DNA of 64,000 bases, taken from the NCBI GenBank assembly GCA_030692765.1, contig JAUYUB010000004.1, positions 55,391 to 119,390 of the forward strand. The letters run 5' to 3'. Of this stretch, positions 10,202-20,912 are shown piece after piece. Both the position numbers and the translations under genes were made by a program. The notes beneath the pieces were generated by a model. It was not told the DNA's origin. It was given only the letters and a program-made list of their open reading frames with translations, and ran no database searches. Position 1 is the stretch's first letter. Each line of letters opens with the position of its first letter. This DNA comes from Sulfuricurvum sp. GTDB taxonomy: Bacteria; Campylobacterota; Campylobacteria; Campylobacterales; Sulfurimonadaceae.

Positions 10202-10326
10202 AAATTATCCTCATGTTTCTATTAAAATATTATTGTATCGAAGCTTCCATTAAAAGCAAAAATCGTTAGACTATTTTAAGATAAGTGAGAATATAATGGC
10301 GACAAATTTTTTAATGGAGAAACAAA

Positions 10327-10620
10327 ATGAAAAAAATTGCTCTTGCAATGTTATTCGCTGGTGTATCAATGATGGCTGCTGACGGAAAAGCTCTTTCTGC
10401 TAAATGTGTAGCTTGTCACGGTGCTTCTTTCGAAAAAGTTGCTCTTGGTAAGTCTGCTGTTGTAAAAGGTCAAAAAGCTGCAGCTATCGAAGCTTCACTA
10501 AAAGGCTACAAAGCTGGTACATTGAACAAAGCTGGAATGGGTGCCTTGATGAAAGGTCAAGTTGCTGCTATGTCTGACGCTGATATCAAAGCAGTTGCTG
10601 CTTACGCTGCAGGTCTTTAA
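10327..10620 (+). CDS. Cytochrome c553 (monoheme)
   Basis: Signal peptide, CVACHG heme motif, distal Met (ALMKGQV); strong SD GGAG. Confidence 0.93.
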   Translation: MKKIALAMLFAGVSMMAADGKALSAKCVACHGASFEKVALGKSAVVKGQKAAAIEASLKGYKAGTLNKAGMGALMKGQVAAMSDADIKAVAAYAAGL

Positions 10621-10627
10621 TATCCTC

Positions 10628-10649
10628 TCTCATCGCGTAAGCGGTGAGA
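10628..10649. terminator. Intrinsic terminator between cytochrome c553 and ccoS
   Basis: TCTCATCGC-GTAA-GCGGTGAGA hairpin between convergent genes. Confidence 0.65.
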
Positions 10650-10663
10650 ATTTCTTCTCTTTA

Positions 10664-10882
10664 TTATTCCGGTCGATACTCTTTTTTCTTTAAGGCTTCT
10701 TTTTTCTTTTGTTGTATAGCTGCATCATTTAACTCTTTTTCATCATCAAATTGCACCTGATTCATCATCCGTTTTGCATCATCAAATTGACCACTCTTGA
10801 TTCCCCATAAAAATGCGACAAGCGCAATACTTCCTAAAAATAACGATGCACCCAGCATCATTGCAACAACCCAACTGTCCAT
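10664..10882 (-). CDS. ccoS: cbb3-type cytochrome oxidase maturation protein
   Basis: AFLWGIKSGQFDD motif after one TM helix; follows the P-type ATPase. Confidence 0.92.
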   Translation of the reverse strand: MDSWVVAMMLGASLFLGSIALVAFLWGIKSGQFDDAKRMMNQVQFDDEKELNDAAIQQKKKEALKKKEYRPE

Positions 10883-10893
10883 TATATGCCCTC

Positions 10894-13287
10894 CTATTTG
10901 TACATCCATCGACTGCGCATCGAATTACCGACCACCAGAAGTGAACTAAACGACATGGATATTGCCGCGATTAGAGGAATAATATACCCCATCATTGCCA
11001 GTGGAATCGTAATCGCATTATAGACCAGTGAAATTCCAAGATTTTGTTTGATCAATCCATAGGTTCGTCTGCTGATCGCGTATGCCTCCGCAAGAGAGGT
11101 CAGTGAGTCATTAAGCAAGACAATGTCTGAAACCTCGATAGCGATATCACTGCCATTACCCATCGCAATACCGATATCCGCACGTGCAAGAGCTAAAAGA
11201 TCATTTACCCCATCCCCCGCCATAACCACAATATGCCCTTCATCCTGTGCTTTGGCAATAAAATCTGCCTTTTCTTGCGCCGTCACATGGGCATGGACTT
11301 CATCAATTCCTGCCGCTGCCGCAACTCTCAGTGCCGAAGCCGTATGATCTCCCGTCAACATTACAACGCGCAAACCAAAATCACGTAAGATTTTAATCGA
11401 TTCAAAAGCATGCTCTTTGGGAAGATCTTGCAACTCAAACGTTGCGCACAGCTCTCCATCGACCGCATAATAAAAAAGGCTTTTATCGCTTAGTGTGTTT
11501 GTTTCTATTCCCATCTCTGCCATGAACAAAGCGTTTCCTCCGGCAATCACTACTCCATTGGCACGCCCTACAAGACCCCGTGCAGGAATCTCGTTAACCT
11601 CAGAAATTCCTCCCGTTTGTATCGCGGATTCCGTTTTATCTAAATACTCAACGATTCCAAGACTAATCGGATGTTTTGAAGAGCTTACTAAAGCCAGCAA
11701 TACCGAACGGTCATACGGGGCATGATACGTTGCATAGACGACCGCCGGACGTCCTTTTGTAATGGTCCCTGTTTTGTCGAGAACAAACATCGTGGCTTTT
11801 GCCATCGTTTCAATCTGTGCCGCTGATTTAAAGAGGATAGATCGCTGTGCCCCTAGAGCCAAACCCACAATGGTTGCCACCGGTGTGGCCAATGCCAAAG
11901 CACACGGGCAGGCAATAATAATAACCGATATCCCCACCATCAATGCCCTATCAAAAGTATGAGGCCAAAAATACCAAACCCAAAATGTACCAATGGCTAA
12001 AAATAAAATCGTAGAGGAAAAAGATTCGGAAAGCCGATTTGCTAATTGCTCAATTCTGGGCTTTTGACGCATCGCGTTTTCTAAAAGATTAACGAGATGC
12101 GACAGCGTGGAGTGGGCATAATCTTTAAGCGCCCGATAATGCAGCAGCGCATCAATACTCGTCGTACCGCTGATAATCAGATCCCCTTTGCGTTTAAAAA
12201 TAGGATCCGCTTCTCCGGTAAGATTACTCTCATCGAAGCTTCCCTCACCTGAGATCACTTCTCCATCAATCGCCGCTCGCTCGCCCGTACGGATAATGAT
12301 GGTATCGCCAACATTCACATCAGAGACACGGACACTTCGGATGGTCTCTCCATCGAGAATACTCACTTCATTGGGAATGTATTTTCCCATCACATCCAGC
12401 GTATCTGCCGCATGTTTTCGGCTTAAAACTTCCAAAAACTTGCCCAATAAGACAAAAGTAATAATCATGGCTACCGAATCAAAATAGGCTTCCCCTTTTT
12501 CAAAAACCGTGATGTAAATCGAATAACAATAGGCAAGTGTTGATCCTGTGACCACCAGCATATCCATCGTAACCGCGCCGTTACGAAGACCGTAATAGGC
12601 ACCGCGGTAAAATACCCATCCGCTGTAAAAAAGTGCCGGAGTTGCCAATACCCATTCGGCAATATTAAGGATCGTCTTGATCTCTTGACTCATTCCTGTA
12701 AAATAGCCTGCGTATTGAGCCACCGCAATCCACATCATATTCATAGAGGCAAAAGCCGCTACCGCCATACGTAAATAATACTCTTTGCGTTCTTTGTTCG
12801 CACGTACTTCTTGCATAGAGGCATCGTAAGGATACGCGTTGTAACCGACTGCCCGAATCATCTCAATAATCTCGGAAAGCTTCACGAGATTTGGATCCCA
12901 GACAATGCGCGCTTTGTTATTGGTATAGTTGATATGGGCTTCGATCACTCCAGCCATTTTATGTAGCGCTTTTTCATTAAGCCATACGCATGCCGCACAG
13001 TGGATTCCTTCAATGATCAGTGACACTTGGGAGAAGTTTTCTGGAAGTTCGGTCACAAAACGATCACGAAACGAGGGAGTATCAAAATTTTCACTCGGTT
13101 CTAACTGTTCACTTGGAGGAGTGAGTGTCGCTTCTCCCATCTTGGTATAAAAACTGTCCAACCCTTCATCTTTAAGCAGATGATAAATTCCCTGGCATCC
13201 CTTACAGCAAAAATGCAGCGTCCCCTCATGGATCATCACCGAGTCACTAAAGACCAGATGACAATGATCACATTTGACGTTAGACAT
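10894..13287 (-). CDS. ccoI: Heavy-metal (Cu) P1B-type ATPase, CcoI/FixI type
   Basis: CDHC...FCCKGC, HMA GIHCAAC, TGE, CPCAL, DKTGT, GDGVND. Confidence 0.92.
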   Translation of the reverse strand: MSNVKCDHCHLVFSDSVMIHEGTLHFCCKGCQGIYHLLKDEGLDSFYTKMGEATLTPPSEQLEPSENFDTPSFRDRFVTELPENFSQVSLIIEGIHCAACVWLNEKALHKMAGVIEAHINYTNNKARIVWDPNLVKLSEIIEMIRAVGYNAYPYDASMQEVRANKERKEYYLRMAVAAFASMNMMWIAVAQYAGYFTGMSQEIKTILNIAEWVLATPALFYSGWVFYRGAYYGLRNGAVTMDMLVVTGSTLAYCYSIYITVFEKGEAYFDSVAMIITFVLLGKFLEVLSRKHAADTLDVMGKYIPNEVSILDGETIRSVRVSDVNVGDTIIIRTGERAAIDGEVISGEGSFDESNLTGEADPIFKRKGDLIISGTTSIDALLHYRALKDYAHSTLSHLVNLLENAMRQKPRIEQLANRLSESFSSTILFLAIGTFWVWYFWPHTFDRALMVGISVIIIACPCALALATPVATIVGLALGAQRSILFKSAAQIETMAKATMFVLDKTGTITKGRPAVVYATYHAPYDRSVLLALVSSSKHPISLGIVEYLDKTESAIQTGGISEVNEIPARGLVGRANGVVIAGGNALFMAEMGIETNTLSDKSLFYYAVDGELCATFELQDLPKEHAFESIKILRDFGLRVVMLTGDHTASALRVAAAAGIDEVHAHVTAQEKADFIAKAQDEGHIVVMAGDGVNDLLALARADIGIAMGNGSDIAIEVSDIVLLNDSLTSLAEAYAISRRTYGLIKQNLGISLVYNAITIPLAMMGYIIPLIAAISMSFSSLLVVGNSMRSRWMYK

Positions 13288-13759
13288 ATTCAAATTTTCC
13301 TAAGTCTCTATTCTTAATGACTTTATCGTAGGATCCACACACACCTTGCATCATAATATAAACGCCGCTAGATGCATTTCGCGCATAGACAATCGCCATA
13401 CTTAAATTGGCAGTTGCTTCGATTGCGTTAATGCCAAAAGGAACCATGGCCCCTGTAAATACAATCACTTTATCCAAACCAAGTTTTGCGATACGCTGTG
13501 CACTTAAGTCCATTGTGTCCGTTCCATGAACAACAATAATGAATTTTTCATCCGATTGGCTCACTCTTTTTGCAAGAACGTCACGATCATCGTGAGTCAT
13601 ATCTAATGAATCTTTGTAGATCAATCCCTTAACAGTCATCGTCTCTGTAAAAACCGATACAATAGCATCAACCGCCACATTGTCATTAGGGACAAAAAGT
13701 TCTCCGCTTTTTGAGTCATAACGCTTGTTAAATGTCCCGCCCGTATTGAGGATCAACAT
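13280..13759 (-). CDS. Short asparaginase-domain protein
   Basis: NTGGTF and HGTDTM catalytic motifs, FTGAM; only 159 aa. Confidence 0.85.
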   Translation of the reverse strand: MLILNTGGTFNKRYDSKSGELFVPNDNVAVDAIVSVFTETMTVKGLIYKDSLDMTHDDRDVLAKRVSQSDEKFIIVVHGTDTMDLSAQRIAKLGLDKVIVFTGAMVPFGINAIEATANLSMAIVYARNASSGVYIMMQGVCGSYDKVIKNRDLGKFEYV

Positions 13760-14268
13760 TATAAAAGCTCCTTCAATGATTTGACAATCTGATTGGCGGC
13801 AGATTCATGGGCTTGTGTACTGAGAAGAATATTCGTAGCGACCCCCGCACGAATCGCGGCTTGGATATCGCGTTCATTATCACCGATCATAACCGAGCTC
13901 GCCATGTCAAGATCAAAATCACGCTGTGCTTCTAAAAACATTCCCGGTTCCGGCTTACGGCAGTCACATTGACCATCTATGCTTTCATGATGCGGACAAT
14001 GATAAATATGTGTGAGGGTAATTCCTAATGATTTGAAATGCTGTATCATCCAATCACTCAGGTGTTTAAAATCTTCTTGCGTATAATACCCGCGTGAAAT
14101 TCCTGACTGATTCGTCACAACGATGATTAAATATCCCTGTGCTTCATAACGACGGCAAACATCGAGTATCCCATCTATAAGTTCAAAATCATCAATTTTA
14201 TATAAATAGTTTTTTTCAACGTTGACGACACCGTCACGATCGAGAAAGAGTGCTTTAGGCAACCCCAT
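13759..14268 (-). CDS. gmhB: D-glycero-D-manno-heptose 1,7-bisphosphate phosphatase
   Basis: FLDRDGV, VTNQSGI, CPHH...CDCRKP, IGD. Confidence 0.95.
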   Translation of the reverse strand: MGLPKALFLDRDGVVNVEKNYLYKIDDFELIDGILDVCRRYEAQGYLIIVVTNQSGISRGYYTQEDFKHLSDWMIQHFKSLGITLTHIYHCPHHESIDGQCDCRKPEPGMFLEAQRDFDLDMASSVMIGDNERDIQAAIRAGVATNILLSTQAHESAANQIVKSLKELL

Positions 14269-14842
14269 CTCCAAAGAGCTCTTTTTCAATAATATCACAT
14301 AAAATATGCCCTATCAAAATATGCGATTCTTGTATACGCGGTGTAGCATTTGATGGGATGATTATGGCGAAATCGGCCATAGTTGCCATTTTTCCGCCGT
14401 CACGTCCTACGAGTGCCACCGTGGTAACACCACGTTCTTTTGCCGATTCAAAGGCATTAATAATGTTTTGAGAGTTTCCGGAAGTCGAAATACCGATGAA
14501 CAAATCACCCGCTTGCGACATCCCCTCAACTTGACGGGAAAATACTTTATCATAGCCGTAGTCATTCCCGATCGCCGTTAGATTAGACGTATCGGTAGTC
14601 AATGCCAATGAAGGAATCGAGGGACGGTCAAAACCGTAACGCCCTACGAGTTCCGCAGCAATATGCTGTGCATCCGCAGCAGATCCGCCATTACCGGCTA
14701 ACATTGTTTTTTTGCCGTTACGATAGACAGCAACACAGGCTTTAGCCACCGCTTCTATGATATCCAAAAGAGGTTCACTCTCCAAAATAGCTTGTTTCGT
14801 AGCCGCTGAATCAGCAATTTGGTTATAAATATATTGTTTCAT
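14255..14842 (-). CDS. gmhA: Phosphoheptose isomerase
   Basis: GNGGSAADAQH, ISTSGNS, IQESH. Confidence 0.97.
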   Translation of the reverse strand: MKQYIYNQIADSAATKQAILESEPLLDIIEAVAKACVAVYRNGKKTMLAGNGGSAADAQHIAAELVGRYGFDRPSIPSLALTTDTSNLTAIGNDYGYDKVFSRQVEGMSQAGDLFIGISTSGNSQNIINAFESAKERGVTTVALVGRDGGKMATMADFAIIIPSNATPRIQESHILIGHILCDIIEKELFGDGVA

Positions 14843-14852
14843 TTTTTTCCTT

Positions 14853-15818
14853 CTAGTATTGTATGCCGGTCACAGAGCGTATTTTTTCGATAATAGGCGT
14901 TGCAATAGCAGTCGCTTTTGCTGCGCCCGCTTTTAAAACATCTCGAACTTCATCTTGATGTGCTTCATAATAGGCACGTCTCTCTCTATAGGGGCGGAAA
15001 TACTCCCACAGTATATCTGCCAAATAAAGCTTGAAATGACCATGCCCTTCTCCACCGCTCAAATAACGTTCTTGTAATGCCACACGCTCATTCTCATTCA
15101 AAAAGAGTTTGACGATATTATAGACATTGCAGTTTTCAAACTCTTTTGGCTCTTCCATCCCTACGAGTTCGGTCACAATCTTTTTAATGGTCTTGAGCTG
15201 GCTTTTTTCTTCGCCAAAAATCGTAATGGTATTTCCGTAACTCTTTGACATCTTCTGCCCATCGGTTCCTGGAACTGTCGCCACATTTTCATCCACACGA
15301 AACTCTGGCATCGTGAAGATATCCCCGTATTGGTTGTTAAACTTTACCGCAATGTCCCGCGCAATCTCTACATGCTGTATCTGATCTTTACCCACCGGGA
15401 CAACTTCTGAACCAAAGAGTAAAATATCAGCCGCCATAAGAACAGGGTACGAAAAAAGACTATGGTTTGAAGCAATGCCGCGTGCTGTTTTATCTTTATA
15501 ACTGTGTGCCCGCTCCAATAAGCCCATCGGCGTAAACCCAGAAAGAATCCAATACAACTCCAAAACCTCTTTAACATCCGATTGGACCCAAAAGGTACTT
15601 TTTGCAGGATTCATTCCCAATGCCAAAAAGTCAGTTGCCGCTTGCAGTGTGAGATCTCGTAGCCGTTCTCCATTGCCAACAGATGTCATAGCATGATAAT
15701 TAGCGATAAAAGCAAAAACTTCATGATCATTTTGGGATTCGATCATAGGAAGAATCGAACCAAAATAATTTCCGATATGCAAATCGCCCGAAGGTTGTAT
15801 TCCAGTCAGGACTCTCAA
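14853..15818 (-). CDS. trpS: Tryptophan--tRNA ligase
   Basis: GIQPSG, HIGN, VGKDQ, KMSKS; TTG start after AGGAG. Confidence 0.97.
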   Translation of the reverse strand: MRVLTGIQPSGDLHIGNYFGSILPMIESQNDHEVFAFIANYHAMTSVGNGERLRDLTLQAATDFLALGMNPAKSTFWVQSDVKEVLELYWILSGFTPMGLLERAHSYKDKTARGIASNHSLFSYPVLMAADILLFGSEVVPVGKDQIQHVEIARDIAVKFNNQYGDIFTMPEFRVDENVATVPGTDGQKMSKSYGNTITIFGEEKSQLKTIKKIVTELVGMEEPKEFENCNVYNIVKLFLNENERVALQERYLSGGEGHGHFKLYLADILWEYFRPYRERRAYYEAHQDEVRDVLKAGAAKATAIATPIIEKIRSVTGIQY

Positions 15819-15943
15819 AAAATGCTCCTAATTCAATATAACTACTATTATATCAAACGCTCCATTAACTGCATCACATTTAAGCTTCATTTTAAGAAAC
15901 TATATGCTATATTTTTCCATAGTTCAACAAAAAAGGATTCATT

Positions 15944-16276
15944 ATGAATGTTCAAATTCGCGCAAAAGATATTACCCTTACCCCTCACTTAAACGATCAC
16001 ATTGCAGCAGCCATCGAAAACTTTAAACGTTACCATCTTGATATGACGACCGTAAACGTCATGATCACTAAAGAAAAACAGAGCGTAAGCGTCGAATTTG
16101 ACATGCATATTGCACACGCACAACCGGTTGTTATCAGCCATTCAGATGAAGACCTTGATACTGCAATCGATTTAGCGATTGAGCGTGCCAATAAAGCGCT
16201 TGGACGTTTGCATGACAAAGCAAAAGATCACCATACTTCTTCTATTCGCGATATGGAAGTCGCTGAAACGGAGTAA
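15944..16276 (+). CDS. hpf: Ribosome hibernation factor HPF/RaiA
   Basis: MNVQIRAK-ITLT, DLDTAIDLA pattern. Confidence 0.85.
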   Translation: MNVQIRAKDITLTPHLNDHIAAAIENFKRYHLDMTTVNVMITKEKQSVSVEFDMHIAHAQPVVISHSDEDLDTAIDLAIERANKALGRLHDKAKDHHTSSIRDMEVAETE

Positions 16277-16283
16277 ATTCCTT

Positions 16284-16715
16284 ATGAGTAAAATCAATAT
16301 TGTATGCCCCCATTGCGGGGGTGTTAATGCCATTCCTCTCAAAGATTCCTATTCAAAAGCGTCGTGCGGACATTGCAAAGCTTCTCTTTTGGATACCAAA
16401 CCCCTTTCTTTAAACAGCGAAACATTTGATCGACTGATGCTCAACGATGAGCGTTTGATTATTGCCGATTTTTGGGCCCCATGGTGCGGACCATGCCGTT
16501 CCATGGCCCCTGCATTTGAAGAAGCGGCCAGATCATTCCCCCTCAAAGCACAGTTCGTCAAGATCAATACCGAAGAGCAGCAGACAATCGCCGGACGATT
16601 TGCGATTCGTTCGATACCTACGATCATTGCTTTTAAAAACAACCGCAGTATCGATCAGATCAGCGGAGCACTCCCCGCCTCTCAAATTACCGCATGGGTA
16701 AAAAAACACCTTTAA
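16284..16715 (+). CDS. trxC: Thioredoxin 2 with N-terminal zinc finger
   Basis: CPHC...CGHC zinc finger and WCGPC active site; start MSKIN at 16284. Confidence 0.93.
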   Translation: MSKINIVCPHCGGVNAIPLKDSYSKASCGHCKASLLDTKPLSLNSETFDRLMLNDERLIIADFWAPWCGPCRSMAPAFEEAARSFPLKAQFVKINTEEQQTIAGRFAIRSIPTIIAFKNNRSIDQISGALPASQITAWVKKHL

Positions 16716-16766
16716 TTTTTAGCTTCTTTTGGTTACCCTTCCCTAATTCATCATCAGGAAAACAGC

Positions 16767-17210
16767 ATGTACAATTGGATAGTTTGGTTTCATATCATCT
16801 CAATGGTCTCGTGGTTTGCGGTACTTTTTTATCTACCGCGACTTTTCGTCTATCATGTCGAAAATGGACAGAACAAAGGATTTTTAGAAGTTATTGAAGT
16901 CATGGAGATGAAGATTTATAAGTACATCGGCGTACCGGCATTTTGGGCAACCCTGCTCTCAGGTATTGCGCTGATTCTTTTGTCTACCAAACATTACGGG
17001 ATCAATGTATTTCAAACGGGGGGCTGGCTTCACGCCAAACTCACTCTTGTCGCTATTTTGATTGCCTACTTCTTTTCTCTAGGACACTATCGCCTCAAGC
17101 TCAAAGAGAACACAGCCTATAAAAACGGTAAATTTTTCCGTCTTTACAATGAAGTACCGACGTTATTGCTCATGGCAATCGTCGCGCTGGTAATCGTTAA
17201 ACCGTTTTAA
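16767..17210 (+). CDS. hemJ: Protoporphyrinogen oxidase HemJ
   Basis: HIISMVSWFA, YLPRLFVYH, WLHAKL, NEVPT. Confidence 0.93.
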   Translation: MYNWIVWFHIISMVSWFAVLFYLPRLFVYHVENGQNKGFLEVIEVMEMKIYKYIGVPAFWATLLSGIALILLSTKHYGINVFQTGGWLHAKLTLVAILIAYFFSLGHYRLKLKENTAYKNGKFFRLYNEVPTLLLMAIVALVIVKPF

Positions 17211-18743
17211 TTACCACATCGCTTTGCGTTTGTGGGTCTGCGGTCTTTTAGACGCACTTTTAGCTTTCGCTTTGAAAAGAATCGGTGTCCCTTCAAAATT
17301 AAACTGCTCTCGCATCTGATTGGTCAAATAACGGCGATAGCTGAAATGCAATCCCTGCGGTCGATTCATGATCAATGCGATACGAGGTGGTCTGATATCG
17401 TATTGTGTCGCAAAATAGAGGCGGATATTCATACCATTGATACTTGGCAAGGTATGTTTTCTCATCGCTGCTTGAATCACTTCATTTAATTTACTCGTAG
17501 AAATACGCTGCGAATAGTTTTCATTGATCTTGAGCAACATTTCAAAAATCCTGTGAACACGCTGTTTACTCTGAGCTGAGATCGTAACGATAGGTGCATA
17601 GCTCAAAAATTTAAATCGATCTCGTACTTCCGCAATAATCTTCTCATAGTCTTCTTTAGGTGCCAAGTCCCATTTGTTAAGAACAATTAGACAAGCCATA
17701 CGATTTTTATCAACAAAACCGGCAATTTTTTCATCCAAGTCCATAAAAGGTACCGATGCGTCCAATACCAAAAGTGCAATATCTGCGGTTTCTAGCATCT
17801 CTTCGGTACGCATCAAAGCATACTTTTCAATGCCCAAAATTTTACCGCGCTTACGAATCCCCGCCGTATCAATAAAGGTAATTTTTTTATCTTCATATTC
17901 GATTGTTTCATCAATAGGATCAATCGTCGTCCCCGCAACCGAGCTTACGACTGAACGGTCTTCTTTGAGCAATGCATTGAGTAATGAGCTTTTTCCAACG
18001 TTGACACGACCGATGATTGCCACTTTCATTTGATCGGTAGACCCAGGCTCATATTCCTTGACGATTCCCTTGAAAGCCTCTTCCATCTCTGCTAAATCAG
18101 GATCAAGATCATCTTCAGCGTCATCATCCTCGTCATCGAAGTCATCTTCATCATCAAACCCTTCGCCTTCGTCATTGTATCCGCTGATTAGGGCGTCAAA
18201 TCCATCCATACCGTCATCGTCTGACTCGATCTCTTCAACCGGTTTAACAATCGACGATTCAGGAAGTTCCGAAGCAACCCAATTTAACAAAGGTAAAATA
18301 GAACGATTATGAGCGACGGAAATACCGAAGATTCGGTTGGTCCCGAACTCATAATATTCCCAAAGCTTCTCTTGCATTTTATCGTTGTCAATTTTGTTAA
18401 CAACCAATGCAATCGATTTGCCCATTGCTTCCAGCTCATAAAAAAGCTTTTTATCATCTTCCTCAGGCAAACTTTTACCGTCAACCATGAACAATATAAT
18501 GTCCGCTTTATGTGCGGCTTCCAGCGACTTTTCTTTGATACGGTCAAAAAGTTCGCACCCCTCGTCCAAGCCGCCGGTATCCAGAATTTCAACTTCTTTG
18601 TCTACTACAACGGCAATACGCTTTTTGACATCACGCGTTGTACCCGCTATTTCAGACGTGATCGCATCACGCTGCTTCAAGAGACGGTTAAAAAGAGAAC
18701 TTTTGCCGACATTAGGACGGCCGATTATGGCTAATTTTTTCAA
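17211..18743 (-). CDS. der: Ribosome biogenesis GTPase Der/EngA
   Basis: Two G-domains (GRPNVGKSS, GRVNVGKSS; DTGG/DTAG; NKID/NKWD) and a KH-like tail. Confidence 0.97.
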   Translation of the reverse strand: MKKLAIIGRPNVGKSSLFNRLLKQRDAITSEIAGTTRDVKKRIAVVVDKEVEILDTGGLDEGCELFDRIKEKSLEAAHKADIILFMVDGKSLPEEDDKKLFYELEAMGKSIALVVNKIDNDKMQEKLWEYYEFGTNRIFGISVAHNRSILPLLNWVASELPESSIVKPVEEIESDDDGMDGFDALISGYNDEGEGFDDEDDFDDEDDDAEDDLDPDLAEMEEAFKGIVKEYEPGSTDQMKVAIIGRVNVGKSSLLNALLKEDRSVVSSVAGTTIDPIDETIEYEDKKITFIDTAGIRKRGKILGIEKYALMRTEEMLETADIALLVLDASVPFMDLDEKIAGFVDKNRMACLIVLNKWDLAPKEDYEKIIAEVRDRFKFLSYAPIVTISAQSKQRVHRIFEMLLKINENYSQRISTSKLNEVIQAAMRKHTLPSINGMNIRLYFATQYDIRPPRIALIMNRPQGLHFSYRRYLTNQMREQFNFEGTPILFKAKAKSASKRPQTHKRKAMW

Positions 18744-18807
18744 TTTAACCCTTTTATATAATAAGTTTTTTATTATAGCGTAGGTGCGCTTATGTTATGA
18801 TTGTTAT

Positions 18808-19263
18808 ATGATTTACTACAGCTATGAGAATTTTAAAACGGACATACCACTGCTGAGTGAAAAATGTGAAGCGTTTAATGCTGACACCCTTGTTGCCATT
18901 GCTCGTGGCGGTATGACGGTGTGTCATGCCCTCGCTATGGCTCTAAATATCCGAAATCTTCAATCCCTGCGTTGCGAAAGCTACGACGATGTCGCACAGC
19001 GTGATACTGTAACCGTCATTGGAGAATGCGATTTTATTCAGTCCAAACGAGTCCTTATCGTTGATGATATTGTGGACAGCGGAAAAACCTTGCAGACTTT
19101 GATTCCAATGTTGCAAGAACGTTACCCAAAGATCATTTTTGCCAGTGCTTCGATTTTTACCAAACCTACCGCGTTAATGCAACCTGACTTTACATTACAT
19201 GAAGCTTCAGATTGGATCGATTTCTTTTGGGAAAGAGATTTTTTAAAATCCGATTCGCTATAA
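18808..19263 (+). CDS. Phosphoribosyltransferase (xanthine/guanine PRT-like)
   Basis: IARGG and VLIVDDIVDSGKT PRPP motif. Confidence 0.88.
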   Translation: MIYYSYENFKTDIPLLSEKCEAFNADTLVAIARGGMTVCHALAMALNIRNLQSLRCESYDDVAQRDTVTVIGECDFIQSKRVLIVDDIVDSGKTLQTLIPMLQERYPKIIFASASIFTKPTALMQPDFTLHEASDWIDFFWERDFLKSDSL

Positions 19264-19312
19264 TCCGCCAACTACCTAATAATTTCTATTATTCAATCAA
19301 CAAAGGGTCATT

Positions 19313-20470
19313 ATGCCAAAAGACTATATTTTCACCTCCGAATCCGTCACAGAAGGACATCCGGACAAAATGGCCGATCAAATCAGTGATGCTATTTTAG
19401 ACTATATCATTGAACATGACAGCAAAGCACGTGTAGCCTGTGAAACCTTAGTCTCAAACGGCTTTTGTGTGATTGCCGGTGAACTGAAAACCACGGCATA
19501 TGCCCCGATGCAGGAGATCGCCCGTCAAGTCATTCGTGAGATCGGCTATACTGATGCAACCTATGGATTTGATTATCGCGCTGCGGCTGTACTCAATGGA
19601 ATCGGCGAACAATCCCCTGACATCAACCAAGGTGTTGACCAAGCAGATGGAGAAATCGGTGCAGGAGATCAGGGACTCATGTTTGGCTACGCGTGTCGTG
19701 AAACCGAAGTCTTAATGCCCTTACCGATCCATCTTTCCCATCGCCTTGCTGAACGATTGGCACAAGTGCGTAAAGAAGGGATCATCCCGTACTTGCGTCC
19801 TGATGGAAAAACCCAGGTAAGTATCCGATACGTCGATGACAAGCCTGTATCCGTAGAAACGGTCGTTGTTTCCACGCAACATGCTCCCGAGGTTTCGCAA
19901 GAAAAACTGCATGCGGATGTCATTAAAGAGGTCATTGAGTACGTTATACCTCGTGATCTTATGAGCCCGAACATCGTCTATCACATCAATCCTACCGGTA
20001 AATTTGTCATCGGTGGACCTCAAGGAGATGCGGGGCTAACCGGACGAAAGATAATCGTTGATACCTACGGTGGGGCATGTCCTCATGGGGGTGGAGCATT
20101 CAGTGGAAAGGATCCTACCAAAGTGGACCGATCTGCCGCTTATGCAGCCCGTTATGTTGCCAAAAATTTAGTTGCTGCAGGCGCATGTGATCGTGCAACT
20201 ATCCAAGTTTCTTATGCAATCGGTGTTGTGCAACCCATATCCATTATGGTAAATACCCATGGGACCTCTGTCGTTGCGGAAGAAAAAATTGAGGAGTGTG
20301 TCCGATCTCTTTTTGATCTTACCCCGCGCGGGATTATTGAGTCCTTGGACCTCTTGCGTCCTATTTATCGAAAAACAGCCGCATACGGCCATTTTGGACG
20401 TGAATTACCAGAATTCACCTGGGAAAAAACCGATAAAGTAGATGCAATTCGCACTTTTTTAAGTCTCTAA
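19313..20470 (+). CDS. metK: S-adenosylmethionine synthetase
   Basis: [25 protein letters not shown]. Confidence 0.98.
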   Translation: MPKDYIFTSESVTEGHPDKMADQISDAILDYIIEHDSKARVACETLVSNGFCVIAGELKTTAYAPMQEIARQVIREIGYTDATYGFDYRAAAVLNGIGEQSPDINQGVDQADGEIGAGDQGLMFGYACRETEVLMPLPIHLSHRLAERLAQVRKEGIIPYLRPDGKTQVSIRYVDDKPVSVETVVVSTQHAPEVSQEKLHADVIKEVIEYVIPRDLMSPNIVYHINPTGKFVIGGPQGDAGLTGRKIIVDTYGGACPHGGGAFSGKDPTKVDRSAAYAARYVAKNLVAAGACDRATIQVSYAIGVVQPISIMVNTHGTSVVAEEKIEECVRSLFDLTPRGIIESLDLLRPIYRKTAAYGHFGRELPEFTWEKTDKVDAIRTFLSL

Positions 20471-20476
20471 AACAAT

Positions 20477-20502
20477 ACTTATCCCTATAAATAGGGATAA
20501 GT
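20477..20502 (+). terminator. Perfect 12-bp hairpin after metK
   Basis: ACTTATCCCTAT-AA-ATAGGGATAAGT. Confidence 0.65.
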
Positions 20503-20627
20503 TCTAAATCTCTTCATCACTTCGTAACAGTTGCCAAAAAAACTCTACAAACTCTATGCTCTTTTAGCTATCTTTAAAATTCTTCTGTTATAGTTTCTCA
20601 TAATTTAAATTATCTAAGGAGAATCCA

Positions 20628-20912
20628 ATGTCAGTTGTAATTAATGATACTTGTATCAACTGTGGTGCTTGTATTGACGAGTGTCCTGTAGAAGCGATCG
20701 TAGACGAGGACGATAACCCAACGGGTGATGATATTTATTACGTTTATGGTGATAAATGTGTTGAGTGTGTAGGTCACCACGATGCTCCAGCATGTGCGAC
20801 TGCTTGTCCAACAGAGGGTTGTATCACATGGGATGAGATTGGCGAAAGTCCAGCACACCGTGATGATATCACTGGTGATATGCGTTCAAACAAGGCGAAT
20901 GTCGTCGATTAA
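20628..20912 (+). CDS. 2[4Fe-4S] ferredoxin
   Basis: CINCGACIDECP and CVECVGHHDAPACATACP. Confidence 0.93.
   Translation: MSVVINDTCINCGACIDECPVEAIVDEDDNPTGDDIYYVYGDKCVECVGHHDAPACATACPTEGCITWDEIGESPAHRDDITGDMRSNKANVVD

Noticed and set aside
7761-14842. Heptose genes interleaved with cytochrome c553, ccoS and ccoI
   Set aside because: The same neighbourhood is established in C. jejuni (Cj1149-1155), so it is conserved synteny rather than a novelty
18058-18312. Ser-rich 84-aa plus-strand ORF
   Set aside because: It is the antisense reading of the Asp/Glu-rich Der linker
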